Origin: Lama guanicoe
Taxonomy: Eukaryota
NCBI GenBank assembly: GCA_013239625.1
Contig: MU054323.1
Span: 15,380,029-15,444,028, forward strand
Direction: 5' to 3'
DNA length: 64,000 nucleotides
A model generated the notes under the pieces. The model searched no databases. It was given only the letters and a program-made list of their open reading frames with translations, and was not told the origin of the DNA. Both the position numbers and the translations under genes were made by a program. The stretch's first letter is position 1. Each line of letters opens with the position of its first letter. Shown here in pieces: positions 52,051 through 64,000 of the stretch.

Positions 52051-53994
52051 TTTGAGATGTTTATAAGGTGGAAATGAAAAGGAAGGTGATTGTTTTAGAG
52101 GATTCTAGGGTCAAGAGGGACTTTTGAAATTCAGGGGGTAATAGAGCATGTTTGAATGATGACAAGAATGACCTAGTAAAAAGGGAGAAACTAGTGATGT
52201 AAGAAAGGTGATGGTTGCAGGAGCAAAGTCTTTGAGAAGGGAGAGGAGTAAAATCACTCCTAATTCTCAGAGATGTTATAGAACAAGGGTGTCAGCTGAC
52301 ACTGAGGTGGAAGAAGGGGTGTGAAAACCTGAGGAGAGAGGAAATGGAAAATAGACATCTCCGAGGGAGGATGAGGGGATTAAGCAGAGGATGTGTTAGG
52401 GTCTCCTGCTAGTGCCGACAGCTTGCTTGAGGTCAGCAGTGATAAGTTTGAAGGGAGGCCAGCCAGCACTGTGGTGTGCTCTTCCCCAGCGCTGGTGCAG
52501 ACGCCGTGGAGGTGGAGACGTGGGTTTAACCAGGGTTAGGAGTTTTCCTGATGAGTCAGATGGAAGAAGGGCACTGAATTTGAGGGTTGTGCAGGAGAGT
52601 GTGCATCACGACTGGCTGTCCCACTGCTGCTCCCGGCAGCAGTGAGTAGGGAAGGGACACTGAGGCAGAGGTTCTGGAGACAAATGCAACAACTTCATGG
52701 AGCTGGTACCTCATCTGGCGACCTGTGCATCACACACACAAGGCATTATTTTTTTTAAGGGGAAAAGAAGGAATGATCTGAAAGTGATGAGAACAAAAAG
52801 GACATCTACTCCCCACCCCCAGGATTTACACCCCCATCCCCACTTGCGACATCTTCAAGGGACAGAGAGCAGGTGGGGAGCACGAGCACCCAGGCTTCAA
52901 TTAGAGCAGGAAGGTGAAGGGAGCATCTACAGGGGAGAATTGGGGACATTTTGGTGAGGACAGTCCATGAGTTCTAGAAGGCACAGTAGGAGGATTCAGG
53001 AGGGAGGGTTGTGCAGAGCATGGGTGATTGTGCAGGGCCAGGAGAGATTAAGAGTCTGGAGATGGCGAACGACCTGGTAAATTTACACGTTCTTGTGGTT
53101 TCTTATGGGAAGACGAATAGTTAGTTCTAGCCTTCTTTTGAGGACGGTTCTTTGGGGCATTGTGTGATGTTAAGGTACATATGCGGTTGGGAATGGGGCA
53201 GAAGGAATAGTGTTCTTGCCAGAACATAATCAGAGCACATGGGTCCCCATTTCTATGTTTGGGTGAATCCTGAACGTGAATTCTAAGCATAATTACAGTG
53301 CCATTTAAAAAAATGGGTGAAAGTCATTGCAGGATGTTTATAGATTTATGAAGAATATTGGCATTTTGGAGGTATTTAAAAAGTTCCTGTGTATTACTTT
53401 AATTTGTTTAAAAGGGAGGGCATTGGTCATGGATTTTACCAAATATTTTCTTTCCCAAAATATATGAATACATCATCATAAAATCAGTTTGTCACAAATT
53501 TAGAGGAAATAGAATACTGGATAACAGCCAGCCACACCTTTGTACAGGACGGTTTGTCAGAATCATCTGCATTTCCCTCTGAGGAGGAAGAGAAAAAATG
53601 ATAAAGGGAATGACCTGCAAGTCATCCCACCTTGATCTTAACAAAGTTGATGATCCGATGCCATAGTATCCGTCTGCCATTGGTTTGGTGGGTGCTGCAC
53701 TGAGCGCCACACCATCAGATTAGCAAAAGCAGTACCAGCCTCTGTGGCCTGCCACAGGGTTTCCTGGAGGAGCCTCTCTGGGCTTGGTAATGGTAGTTAA
53801 AGTTGAAACGAAAGCCTTCCATGATACAGTGAGCTAGTTGGAGTTTTAAGTTTGCATGTGACTCCAGGTTGGGGTGAGTAGCTTTTATTTTCTCAAAAAA
53901 TTACTGTAATTCAGAGTGGTTGTCATAAATTCAGGAAGTAATCAGAAATAAGAAGCCACATCCTGTTCAGAGACGGATGTAAAACACAGTAGAA

Positions 53995-54900
53995 AACATT
54001 GATTTATCCGTCCCCTCAGCAGATCCTCACTGAGTGCCGAGCACATCCTAGTCCCACGTGCGGGTGCCGAGGACACAGCCTTCATGGGCCTTACATGCAA
54101 AAGGGGAGGGTGACAGTAAACACAAAAGCAAGGAAGAAAGGGTCATGTGGTATGATAAGTGCTGTGAAGGGTAATCTTCAGGGTGCTATGATGGAGAATT
54201 ACCAGCTTGACTAGGGAAGTTGTTTTAGATACAGATGTCAGGGACGGTTTCCATGGAGGAAAGACACTTGACCTGAAGTCTGACTATAAGGAGTCCAAGT
54301 TGTGATGATCTCAGGGGAGAGAATTCCGTACAGAAGGCGCTGCAAGTGCGAAAGCTCTGAGGGGAGAACGGGCTTGGTGTGTTCAGAGAATATCAGGAAG
54401 AAGCAAAAAGGTCGATGCGGCTGGAATGTCAGGAGGGAGAGAAGGATACGGGTCATATCACATACGACCTTGAGATGTTGGTGAGATGTGTGGATCTTTG
54501 ATGAGTGCGCAGGAAAACTGTTGAAGGATTGTGAACAAGAGTGTGATGCAATTTGATATGTGTTCTAAAGAAATATGGTGGAAAAGAGACTTGAGGGGCT
54601 GGAAAGATGCAGAAATGGGTAAGTGTCCACAAGTAGAGGTTCTTTCAGTAGTTCAGGTATGAGATAATGGGGACTTGGCCCTGAGAGCTGGAAATGGAGA
54701 GGTGGGTGGATTTGAGATGATTTGGAACTAGACTTATTGATGGATTACATGTGGGGGTGAGAGAAAGAAGAGTCAAGGAGAACTCTTAAATTGGGGGTTT
54801 ATGCAAATTTTAGTGCTCTTTACTAGGACCAAGAGCAGATTTAAGGAGGACTTAAGGAGGACTCAAGAGCTTTGTTTTAGACAAATTTGACACCTAAGTA
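53995..54900 (-). mobile_element. LINE-2 fragment, antisense
   Basis: gataagtgctgtgaag...gtcagggacggtttccatggagga...tgcaagtgcgaaagctctgagg...caggtatgagataatgg...gatggattacatgtgggggtgagagaaagaagagtcaagga. Confidence 0.7.
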
Positions 54901-55667
54901 GAGCTATTTATCATTTAAGTAATTTTTGATGTAATTGACTCATTAAGTAGCATTCATACATGCATAGCTTCACGGCAAGTTTACTGAGGACTACAGAGAT
55001 AGACATGTCCTTGAGGAGATGTCAGCTTTTCCCACAAAGAGAGATAACCTTGTGAAATTCTTGAGGAAAATAAAGTCAACCCCATTCACGCTGATTTATC
55101 ACCAGGCAGAGTGTAGCCAAAGGGATATCTGTGTGGGACCCATAAAATATGTTCTTAAATATACTTTTTGGCATTGCTGCATCCCATGTCACATGGATTA
55201 CTGGAATAGTATGGGTTTTGTGGAACTGATTCCTATGGGGAGCTACACAGTGAACATTTTGCAAAAGGAGGAATGCACTTGGGACTTAAGAAAATCCTCA
55301 TTTGTTTTAGCTAGAAGTACTTAGAGATAATGTTAAAAGTTTTTAAATTTCAGGCTGTATTTAATTATTTTTCCCCTATGAGATATTTTAGAGAAAAGAT
55401 AGTTAAAAATTGTCATGAGGTAACGTTCTATCGTTGTCTTGGACATTGAGTGGACAAATAAGAACTGCTGTATGTTCGTAAGAGGGGTAAATCAAGGAGG
55501 GCTTTGTGGAGGAATTGGGAACCGAGTCCAGCTCTGAGACGTGTGTTGAGTGGCTCAACAGAAGCAAAAGGAGAATTTAGGAGCAGCCTTGGAGATAGAA
55601 AAGAGGATGTACAGTGGGGTCCAGATGAGGGTAAAGGTGGCAAATCAGTGAGCTTTAGTGTCTGATT

Positions 55668-55693
55668 GACTTTGGAGGATGACTTTGGAGGAT
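55668..55693. repeat. (GACTTTGGAGGAT)x2 perfect duplication
   Basis: Read directly from the sequence. Confidence 0.9.
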
Positions 55694-57594
55694 CCTCAGA
55701 TTTGGGGATAAGGGGAGATTGTCAAGAGAGATGCTTGAGGGGCATGACAGCGAGGCTAGAGGCTTGGTGGGGTGGGGAGTGGTCATGGTCCAGCTGTACA
55801 GTGGTGTCATGGACTAGCATGTGAAGTACCAGGAGAACAGCTTTATGGGAGGTGGGATGAGGTGGATGTTGAATTTGTTTTGTTATGTTTGAGGTATCTA
55901 TGGAGAATCAAGGGAAAGATGGAGTTACGGGTCAGAGATCTGGGCTGGAGATAAGGATTCGTGAGTCATCCTCCCAGGGAGAATGGTGCTGTTAATGACC
56001 TTGGAGTTTTCATAAGTGATGGGAGGAGTCTGAGCATTTTTAGGAAGTTTAATGTAACAGTCATGTGCATGATGAAGAAAAAAGAGTGACCAGCAGTGTT
56101 AACATACCGAGAGTGGGATGAAATGGCCTGTGTCGTGACGGTGGTGCAGGAAGCGTGGAGTGCTTGCTTAGTTTGGTGGAAGAATGCCTTTGGACTGTTG
56201 GCTGACCGAAGGTTAGCCTGAAGCACAGCTGTCAGCACCTGTGGTTGTGGGATGTATAAAACAGAATAATACATCATTTAAATTAATTGATTGACTAATT
56301 GATTCGTTTGTACTCCCTGATTCAGAAAAGCCTTTGCAAGTGTTTGAGTCTAGGAGAGCTGGTCAGACCCACCTGAGATTAGAACCATTCAGAGTCGGAG
56401 CACTAAATGTTTAAATAGTTGGACAGGAAGGTGAAGAAATGCGATTGTGGTCATAAATTCTTTGAGTCCAGAAGGATCCTCTCCTTGGCATTCTCTCCCA
56501 GTGCCTTCTGAGGCTGTCCTTTCATTCTGGAACCGTTTAATTCTTTATTCATTTGTTTGCTCAAAAAGTAGGTACTGAACACCTGCTATGTGTCACTGTA
56601 CCTCAGATTCCACCAGTTTGACTTGGTTTTGCTTTTAACTGAAGGACCATTTTCTGAATGGCCTGAAAGGTGCAGGTGTGTAAATTGATGCACATTTTAG
56701 ATCCACTGTGGGACTTGGCATTAGATTTTTTTAAAGATATTTTATAAATGTCTTAAATGATATCTGTAAGCATTTATTCTGGAAACTTACATTGCATGAT
56801 ATATACGCTTAGGCAGAAATTAAAGATTAGAAGGAATATGTTCATCTGGGCTTTCATATCTGTATTTTTTTCTGCTGCTTAAAACAAAAGGAAGTTTGAT
56901 TTTTACATTGTAAAGCTGTATCCTCTGAAGCGAGACAAGCGGCTTCTGTTTAATAGACTTTTCTTTCCGTGTTTTTAGACTCTACATAACAGTTGCTTCA
57001 GAGCCTTAAGTTTTATTAATTATTCTGTGCTCTAAATTTACTATTTCAGTCCTACCTAAGGAGATGTTAATACTATGTGAGCTCCTTAAGTCCGTTTTTA
57101 GTTTTTAACATTTCACTTATTTTTGTCACACAGGTAAAGTGTAAGTGCTGAATGTTATTCTTGGCTGTTACCTTTTTCTTGGTCTGTAGCACACGGTGCA
57201 GCCTGTGCTGTGTGGGGCCTGATCAGATGTTCTTGCTCTTGATGCCGTCTGTAATGTTTGTCAGTAGACACGCGTTTCATTAGTGTTTAGAAAGAATTAT
57301 ACTGTTTGCTTTTATTCACAGAACTTTTTTTAACTCAAAAGTTTTCTGGTTTTTTGTGGGTTTTTGTTTTTTTTTTAATATCCATTCCATCTTAGTGCAG
57401 CAGGACTCCATCGACCCTCTTGCCACTGGCATGGTGCTAAACGGAGACATTTTGATCTGTATGTAGCAAGAGATCTTCTGCCATCTCAAAATATGATGCA
57501 AAGATGACAGATGCACCCAACTCTCCGCAACTCAGGTTTCCACATGGAGTTTAGGTCCACTATGAGGCATGGGTATCTTGCACCAGAAATCTCA

Positions 57595-57738
57595 TCGATT
57601 TCTTAAACTTGAGAGAGCTTGGTGGTCACAGAGATTTTGATGGACCAGGACTAGGCCAGGGTGTGGGAGCCTGCATTTCCAGCGGGCCCTTAGGAGAAGC
57701 TGCTCCTGCTGGTTTTCCACCATTCATTGAGTAGCAAA
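57595..57738. mobile_element. Degenerate MER5-like MITE
   Basis: ttcttaaactt...gagcctgcatttccagc...ctgctggtttt...ttgagtagcaa. Confidence 0.45.
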
Positions 57739-58545
57739 GTCATGGAGGGTTTGTGTGAACCTGCTCCCTGGTTTGCTGTTGCTGGTGTGAGAGAACATCT
57801 TGTCTTTAAGTAATCTTTGGGCTTGCTCGATGTCTAATATGTTTTTGTGTTGAAAAACAGGGCCTATGTGTAAATTGCTTTACTTCAAATATTAGTACAT
57901 AGTAATGGTTTCATGATATGATTTTAAAACCTTTTTTACAAGTAAATATTAAAAGAAATTAAAACCCTACTATCCATAGTGCAAGTATAGGGTCACATGG
58001 TGAGAATCAAACAAATCCTGAAACTTGGATGTTGGGGAAATTGTTTTGTTTTTGTAGAGATGATCCTTTATGTAACTTTACCTGTTTGATCTTTGCTAAA
58101 CTTTAGAAATAGGCCCAAGACCTTATGTCTATAGATTTTTTAAAGATTTTTTGCATTTATATTGATCTGCATGGTATTATATGTCATTATTCCAAAATCT
58201 TTCATAATATAGTGTTGACTGTAGTTAAATGATCCAGTGTAATCATTAATTCACAGGCTCAGACATACTGACAGGCAGATTATATGTTCATTCAAAATAT
58301 AACTGCTGTGCACTATAAGATTATGATATAGCAATGTTAAATTTATAAGATCCTTACAGCTTATCAGTCCTGTAATTATTCTGTTGGAGGAAGGATAGAA
58401 ATCGGGGTAGGTGTACATTTCATGAGGTGTATGAAGGTTAGGGAAAAACATCTTTGGGAAGCACTTGGCCTTTCAAAACTGCTGTTTTGTAATCCTTGAT
58501 TTTATTTATATATATAAAAATACATGCACACATATATATACACAC

Positions 58546-59132
58546 NNNNNNNNNNNNNNNNNNNNNNNNNNNNNNNNNNNNNNNNNNNNNNNNNNNNNNN
58601 NNNNNNNNNNNNNNNNNNNNNNNNNNNNNNNNNNNNNNNNNNNNNNNNNNNNNNNNNNNNNNNNNNNNNNNNNNNNNNNNNNNNNNNNNNNNNNNNNNNN
58701 NNNNNNNNNNNNNNNNNNNNNNNNNNNNNNNNNNNNNNNNNNNNNNNNNNNNNNNNNNNNNNNNNNNNNNNNNNNNNNNNNNNNNNNNNNNNNNNNNNNN
58801 NNNNNNNNNNNNNNNNNNNNNNNNNNNNNNNNNNNNNNNNNNNNNNNNNNNNNNNNNNNNNNNNNNNNNNNNNNNNNNNNNNNNNNNNNNNNNNNNNNNN
58901 NNNNNNNNNNNNNNNNNNNNNNNNNNNNNNNNNNNNNNNNNNNNNNNNNNNNNNNNNNNNNNNNNNNNNNNNNNNNNNNNNNNNNNNNNNNNNNNNNNNN
59001 NNNNNNNNNNNNNNNNNNNNNNNNNNNNNNNNNNNNNNNNNNNNNNNNNNNNNNNNNNNNNNNNNNNNNNNNNNNNNNNNNNNNNNNNNNNNNNNNNNNN
59101 NNNNNNNNNNNNNNNNNNNNNNNNNNNNNNNN
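58546..59132. other. Assembly gap (587 N) in intron 2
   Basis: Run of N, flanked by (AT/AC)n on the left and a poly-A run on the right. Confidence 1.
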
Positions 59133-59188
59133 AAAAAAAAAAAGTCATTATTAAATATTTTATATCCTTGTGCTAAGAGGGGAGTGGG

Positions 59189-59214
59189 GTGTGTGTGTGT
59201 GTGTGTGTGTGTGT
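59189..59214. repeat. (GT)13 microsatellite
   Basis: Read directly from the sequence. Confidence 0.95.
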
Positions 59215-62200
59215 AGAGGGGCATTTCATTCATGCACACTGGGGTTACAATAAATGGTGTAAAATTTTTTTTCTATCTGACCCTTAGCAGGATACTTGTT
59301 ATACAGTTACAGGTAATGTAGCCAGTGGCGGTTTGTACCATTTATTAGATGTCCTTCCCCTTTCTTTGCTTTAGCTCTTCATCTGTGCTTTTAAGTCACT
59401 CCTTCTGCCCCAGGTTGTATGTAGGTCAGCTGTCTGTCTGTCCTCCTCCTGCACCTTCTCCCAGGTTAGTTACAGGAGTACCAGAAATTGCAGGTGAATA
59501 GTTTTTCCTACGAGGGTATGCTTGTTTCAAGATTCAATGTCATATACTAAGTGATAGTATTTCAAAACAAAACAGAACAAAACACTGTTCCAAAAGGACA
59601 AAAAAACAACCGGACACCTTCAGCCAGAGAAGTGGTATTCTTCAGGGGCCATGCTGAAAACTTGGTATTTCCACCTACCAGGGATGTTAAAGAAATAGTC
59701 AAAGCTGGCCTTCAGCAGGTTAATGTTTTAGCTTCTGGTAGCCCTGATCAGTCCCTTGCGGGTTTGTGGTTTCCGACTTGGCTGTAGGTGACCTCTCAGC
59801 TATTCCCAGGGCTTGGCGTGTGCTCTGTCACACAGAGCTGCTGAGTTGCTGCTTTGCCCAGCTGTGTCCGTCTAAACGCCGGCCCCCACAAAGGCTTTTC
59901 CTGACATGAGCAAAGGGCCTGGAATCCGGGCCCAGGAGGCCTTCTGAGCTGCTGCAGAGGGAGCCGGGTGGGGACCACTCCCCAGCGCAGGGCCCCTCCC
60001 TCTTAGAGGAGTTGGAGCTGCCCCTTCAGTGTCCTTCTGCCCCAGGCCAGCTGTCTCCATCAGCCACGCAGAGGGTGTGGACCATCAGGAGTTGTCATTC
60101 CCAAACTCAGGTCATTAAAACCTCATTTATTATTGTAATTCGTCTTCCCAAACTATAATCTGGGGTTTTGGACAACTCAGGCAAACTTGGTGGTTTGTGT
60201 TTGTTCTGCTCGTGGAAAGAAAAAAAAAATCTGTTAAAAGGGAAGTTCAAGAAACAATTTGGGAGCATAATCACTTTAGCAGGAATTTACATTCTATCAA
60301 AAAGTGATCATTTCAGATGTTCTCATAACTTTGTCAACATAGGTAAGGATTCTCTGATAGATAGTGTGTTTTTTTCCATTTCCCAGCTTTGCCAGAATTC
60401 TATATTTACCTGGTACTTTGATTCAGAGATCCTCCAGAAAAGAACAACAACAAAACGGTTTTGAATGAAGAGGGTTTTAATTTTTTAAAAAGCAAGAAAG
60501 TCTTTATTAATTGACGGAGACACTTATTAACGCGTGCAAGCACACACAGAAATACACCTCGAAGCCGAGCAGCAGTTTCCTCCACTTCTCACTGAAGGAT
60601 GTCAGGGCCCCCTTAGGTGAAAAGGGTGAAGTTCGTCAGATTTGTCTTTTTTCCCCTCTGGCCACCCCATTCTTTTCTTTCAGGCTTTTCCCACCTTAGA
60701 AGCCCGGCGCCACTAGGCTAGGAGACATTTTAAATACTTACCTCTTACTGATTGATTACACTCTAGAATGTTGCCTCATCATTTTAATCCTTTCTGATTA
60801 TGAAATTGCTGCTAAAGGAGTTCAGCCCAGAAGGAGGAGCTCTCCTTAGGGTGAAACAAGGATCCCTAAAGTTAATCCTGCCTCTTCCTGACTGTGTCCT
60901 GCGCACCTGGGGAGCAGGGACCTGGGTCCAGCCCGGCTGCGCAGGGGCGTTCGAGGTGACATGGAAAGCCGTCACCTCTGATGGGAGGGACGAGACGGGC
61001 ACGCAGGCAGTTGTAATAAGGGCAGAGGGGCTGTTTTCAGTCTGAATAGTGTTGTGCATGGTTGGCTTTCTAGAAGATTCTGATAAAAAAAAAAGTAAGT
61101 CAGAACTCATTTTAATCAGTTTTTGAGCTATTTTGTGATTCATGGACATACTGTGTTTACTTCCAGAGCTGGTGCTGTTCTTTGTGAAATGTAGAACTTT
61201 CTCAAGAAAGGTATTTAAGAGCAGCAAAATTCAGTATTTGGGGTCTTTATAGAAATACTCTAATAAAAATAAAACTTGGTTGATTCCTGTGTTCATATTT
61301 GACCACTAAGATGCTGTTCTGAGCATTTGAATAACTTATTTTGAAATTTATAAGGCCATTCTTTAAATGGTGCTTAGTCTCTTCAGTAAGGATAGTGGAT
61401 TCACACTGGTTGTTGAAGCATCGAAAGCTGGGGATATATACCCTTTTATAGGGTGCCTTCCTGCGTTTGATTTGCGGTCTCTGTTGCTAAGTGTTCTTTG
61501 CATCAGGAGGAAGTAACAGCTATAAGCAGGGCCTGTGAAGTTGGCAGAGGGAAGGAATTAATCCGTGATGAATTAATATTTGTGTGAGTTTTTAAGAGAC
61601 TGGAATGTTCCTTTAAGTTGTGGATGTGTTTTTCGTTTCTGGCTGATAACTTCCTGGTTTTCCTACACTTCATTATTCTTTTCTCTGTTACTGGGGTTTT
61701 TTTTTTTAATTTCCCGAAAAGCAAGTAAAGTGCTTTCTCCTTATCAGTAGCCTTTCTTTTCCTGTTGCAATAACAAAAGAACAATACAGGAATTTAACGA
61801 TGTTAAAAAATTGATACTCCTTTTTCTGAATGTGCCCATATATTTGTAGATAGAATCGAAGTTCTATAGACATAGAGAAAAGCTGAGTGTCAGTAAAATG
61901 AGCTCATATTTTATCGTGTGCTACCTAGGCTTTTTTCCTTTTACCCAGTTTGGAAAATGAAATAAGAGATTTTTTTTTTTTCCTCTTCAAAATCTGTTCC
62001 CATGGTCTGTTGTTAAGAGTCAAAATCCTGAAAATTAGAAAGATAGGTAAGGCCAGTTGTAATAGAAGGACATTTCAGAGGGGTCTAGAATACATTCTGA
62101 TCTTGTCTATTTATTTATATTATATAAAGGATTGTTATTTACTGTTCTTAATGCTTTGGCGAAAATAAATTCCAGTCTACGTCACAGAGCTTTTATAAAT

Positions 62201-63154
62201 ATCAGTAGTGTGTTTTTGCAACAGTGGACCTGAAAGGACGCTTGTTTTAGTGTTTTGATGCAGTTTTAGTTCATTGCAGAGGTGCATTTAAAGTGGCTTC
62301 CTCGAGTATCCTGGAAACCACATTGAGCAAGGGCACCGGTGACCTGTCCCATGCTGGTGGCCTCAGAGGACCTGGCTTGCTTACTTTCGAGGGCATGAAA
62401 CAAAATCTCACAGACTCAGTTGTGCTTGACCCAGATCTGGGCAATTAATGAGGTTTTTAAACTTTCTAAACACCTTGCTTGTAGTATTTAATGTGATACT
62501 TATCTCTGTGGTAGTAGAAGAAAACATAGTATTATCACATTTATATGTTCCTGGTGCCCTTTGGCATTTGGATTGCTAATCAGATTGGAACTTTCTGAAT
62601 GTTTTCTGATTGAGAGCCAACTTGTTCTGTTTCCTCAGGAATTTTTCAGACAAATTAGGCTGTGGTGTCACACTTCAGTGCGACATGGAGCTCCCAAAAA
62701 TGTTATCTATGTGTTCTTTCATGCCTCCTGGCCTGACCTGTGTCTGCCTAAATTCAAGCATTATTATAGTGTTTTCCTTAGGGGTCCTTTGGATATATCA
62801 GTACCTAAGCAGACATCTTTAATCGAGAGAGCATATCCCATGTGGATCTGTAACTGTCTGTGTGTACGTGTATAGGAAACATGGTTTTCCTGTTAAAAAA
62901 AAATTATACATGTCACATGTGCTTTTGTGTATTTTCTGTACCAGGAAGTGCAGCCTGTACACACAGGTCCCCTGTGCATGTGTGAATTTATAGCCAGATG
63001 TGTGTAAGCACATGTCCTGACAAGGTGACAGTGTGAAGATAAATGCAACGGTAGGGTTATTTTTTTTAATCTTACTTGGCATCTATGTGTGTGTCTATGT
63101 TTACCTACGACAGTGCTGATGATGGTCTTATGTTCTCTCATTAAGAGTTTCCTG

Positions 63155-63301
63155 GGGCGAGGGTACAGCTCAAGCAGTAGAGCACATGCTTAGCATGCAC
63201 AAGGTCCTGGGTTCAACCCAGTACCTCCTCTAAAAATAAATAAATAAACCCAATTACCCCCTCCTGCCTAAATAAATAAATACATACATAAAATTTAAAA
63301 A
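63155..63301 (+). mobile_element. Vic-1-type tRNA-derived SINE
   Basis: Body gggcgagggtacagctcaagcagtagagcacatgcttagcatgcacaaggtcctgggttcaacccagtacctcc with an (aaat)n tail; TSD aagagtttcctg (63143-63154) / aagagttttctg (63302-63313). Confidence 0.88.
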
Positions 63302-64000
63302 AAGAGTTTTCTGAAAATTTTTCTCATCTTTGATGATAGAAATTAGTTGTAGAATCTTAAGCCCCAGTTGTGCATTCCAACAGTTCTTTTTTAAGAGTTG
63401 GTGTAATATTATGCACTTTTTGAATCGCTTATAGAGGACGAGGCAAGACTCTTCAAATAAATATTATTCAGACTGCTTCCGCTTTCATTTCCCTTATCAC
63501 TATAACAGCCACACCCAACTTTGCACTTAAACCTTGTTGTCTATCTGCTTCCCACACGCTAGTGAAGCTGACCCTTTGAACAGCAAAGGAAATACGAGAG
63601 ATAACGTTGAAAACTGTCTTCCTTTTGTTGACATTTCTAGAGCAACAAGTCAGAAGGCTTGTCTCCCTCTGGGTGGACAAGAGGTGACGGGTCACGGTTA
63701 GATGGTATGGCCATTAGTAACCAGGATGACTCCCCGCAGAATTATTTCAAACATTCCAGTGAGTAACTCAGAATCTGGTAAACAGAAGGGGAGTGATTGT
63801 TAACTTATAAACTGTTTCCATTTTCTATATATGGGAAGGAGATTACTAGGGAGGAGGTGAGGGTCAACATAAAACAGAGGCGTCCACATTTCTGAGGTCA
63901 GGTCATTCTGGATCACTCTAAGTGAAACGGTGTTTTCCAGGAGCCTCCATATATGGCCATTCAGAGCTCTGCAGTGGGAGTCCTTTGCTATATGTTCTGC

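Larger units (their letters stand above)
49272..64000 (+). other. CRIM1: CRIM1 intron 2 (partial, continues beyond the window)
   Basis: Starts with gtaagt at 49272. No further CRIM1-like cysteine-rich exon was found before the window end. Confidence 0.9.

Noticed and set aside
58438..59239. ORFs of 226-245 aa
   Set aside because: Artefacts of translating through the N gap.
20899..63301. Inverted SINE pair flanking exon 2 that could drive circularisation
   Set aside because: Both intronic Vic-1-type copies are on the + strand and cannot pair; the minus-strand copy lies upstream of the TSS.

Overview
Mammalian genomic DNA, most likely a camelid (alpaca/camel), judging by four tRNA-Ala-derived Vic-1-type SINEs. 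The window holds the 5' end of CRIM1 (cysteine-rich transmembrane BMP regulator 1) on the + strand. It contains about 10 kb of upstream sequence, a CpG-island promoter (~10.1-12.0 kb), coding exon 1 (11154-11484; signal peptide plus IGFBP-like domain), a 37.6 kb intron 1, exon 2 (49098-49271) and the first ~14.7 kb of intron 2. The rest is non-coding and contains SINE, LINE, LTR and DNA-transposon relics, short tandem duplications and two assembly gaps. I found no novel multi-gene system, and almost all other ORFs in the track are chance or GC-driven. The best leads are a well-formed 46-nt candidate poison exon in intron 1 (28889-28934), a divergent lncRNA signature upstream of the promoter, a frame-symmetric, stop-free exon 2 that could form a translatable circle, and several transcription-factor motif clusters in intron 1. 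Repeat family names come from recalled consensus sequences, not from a database search.
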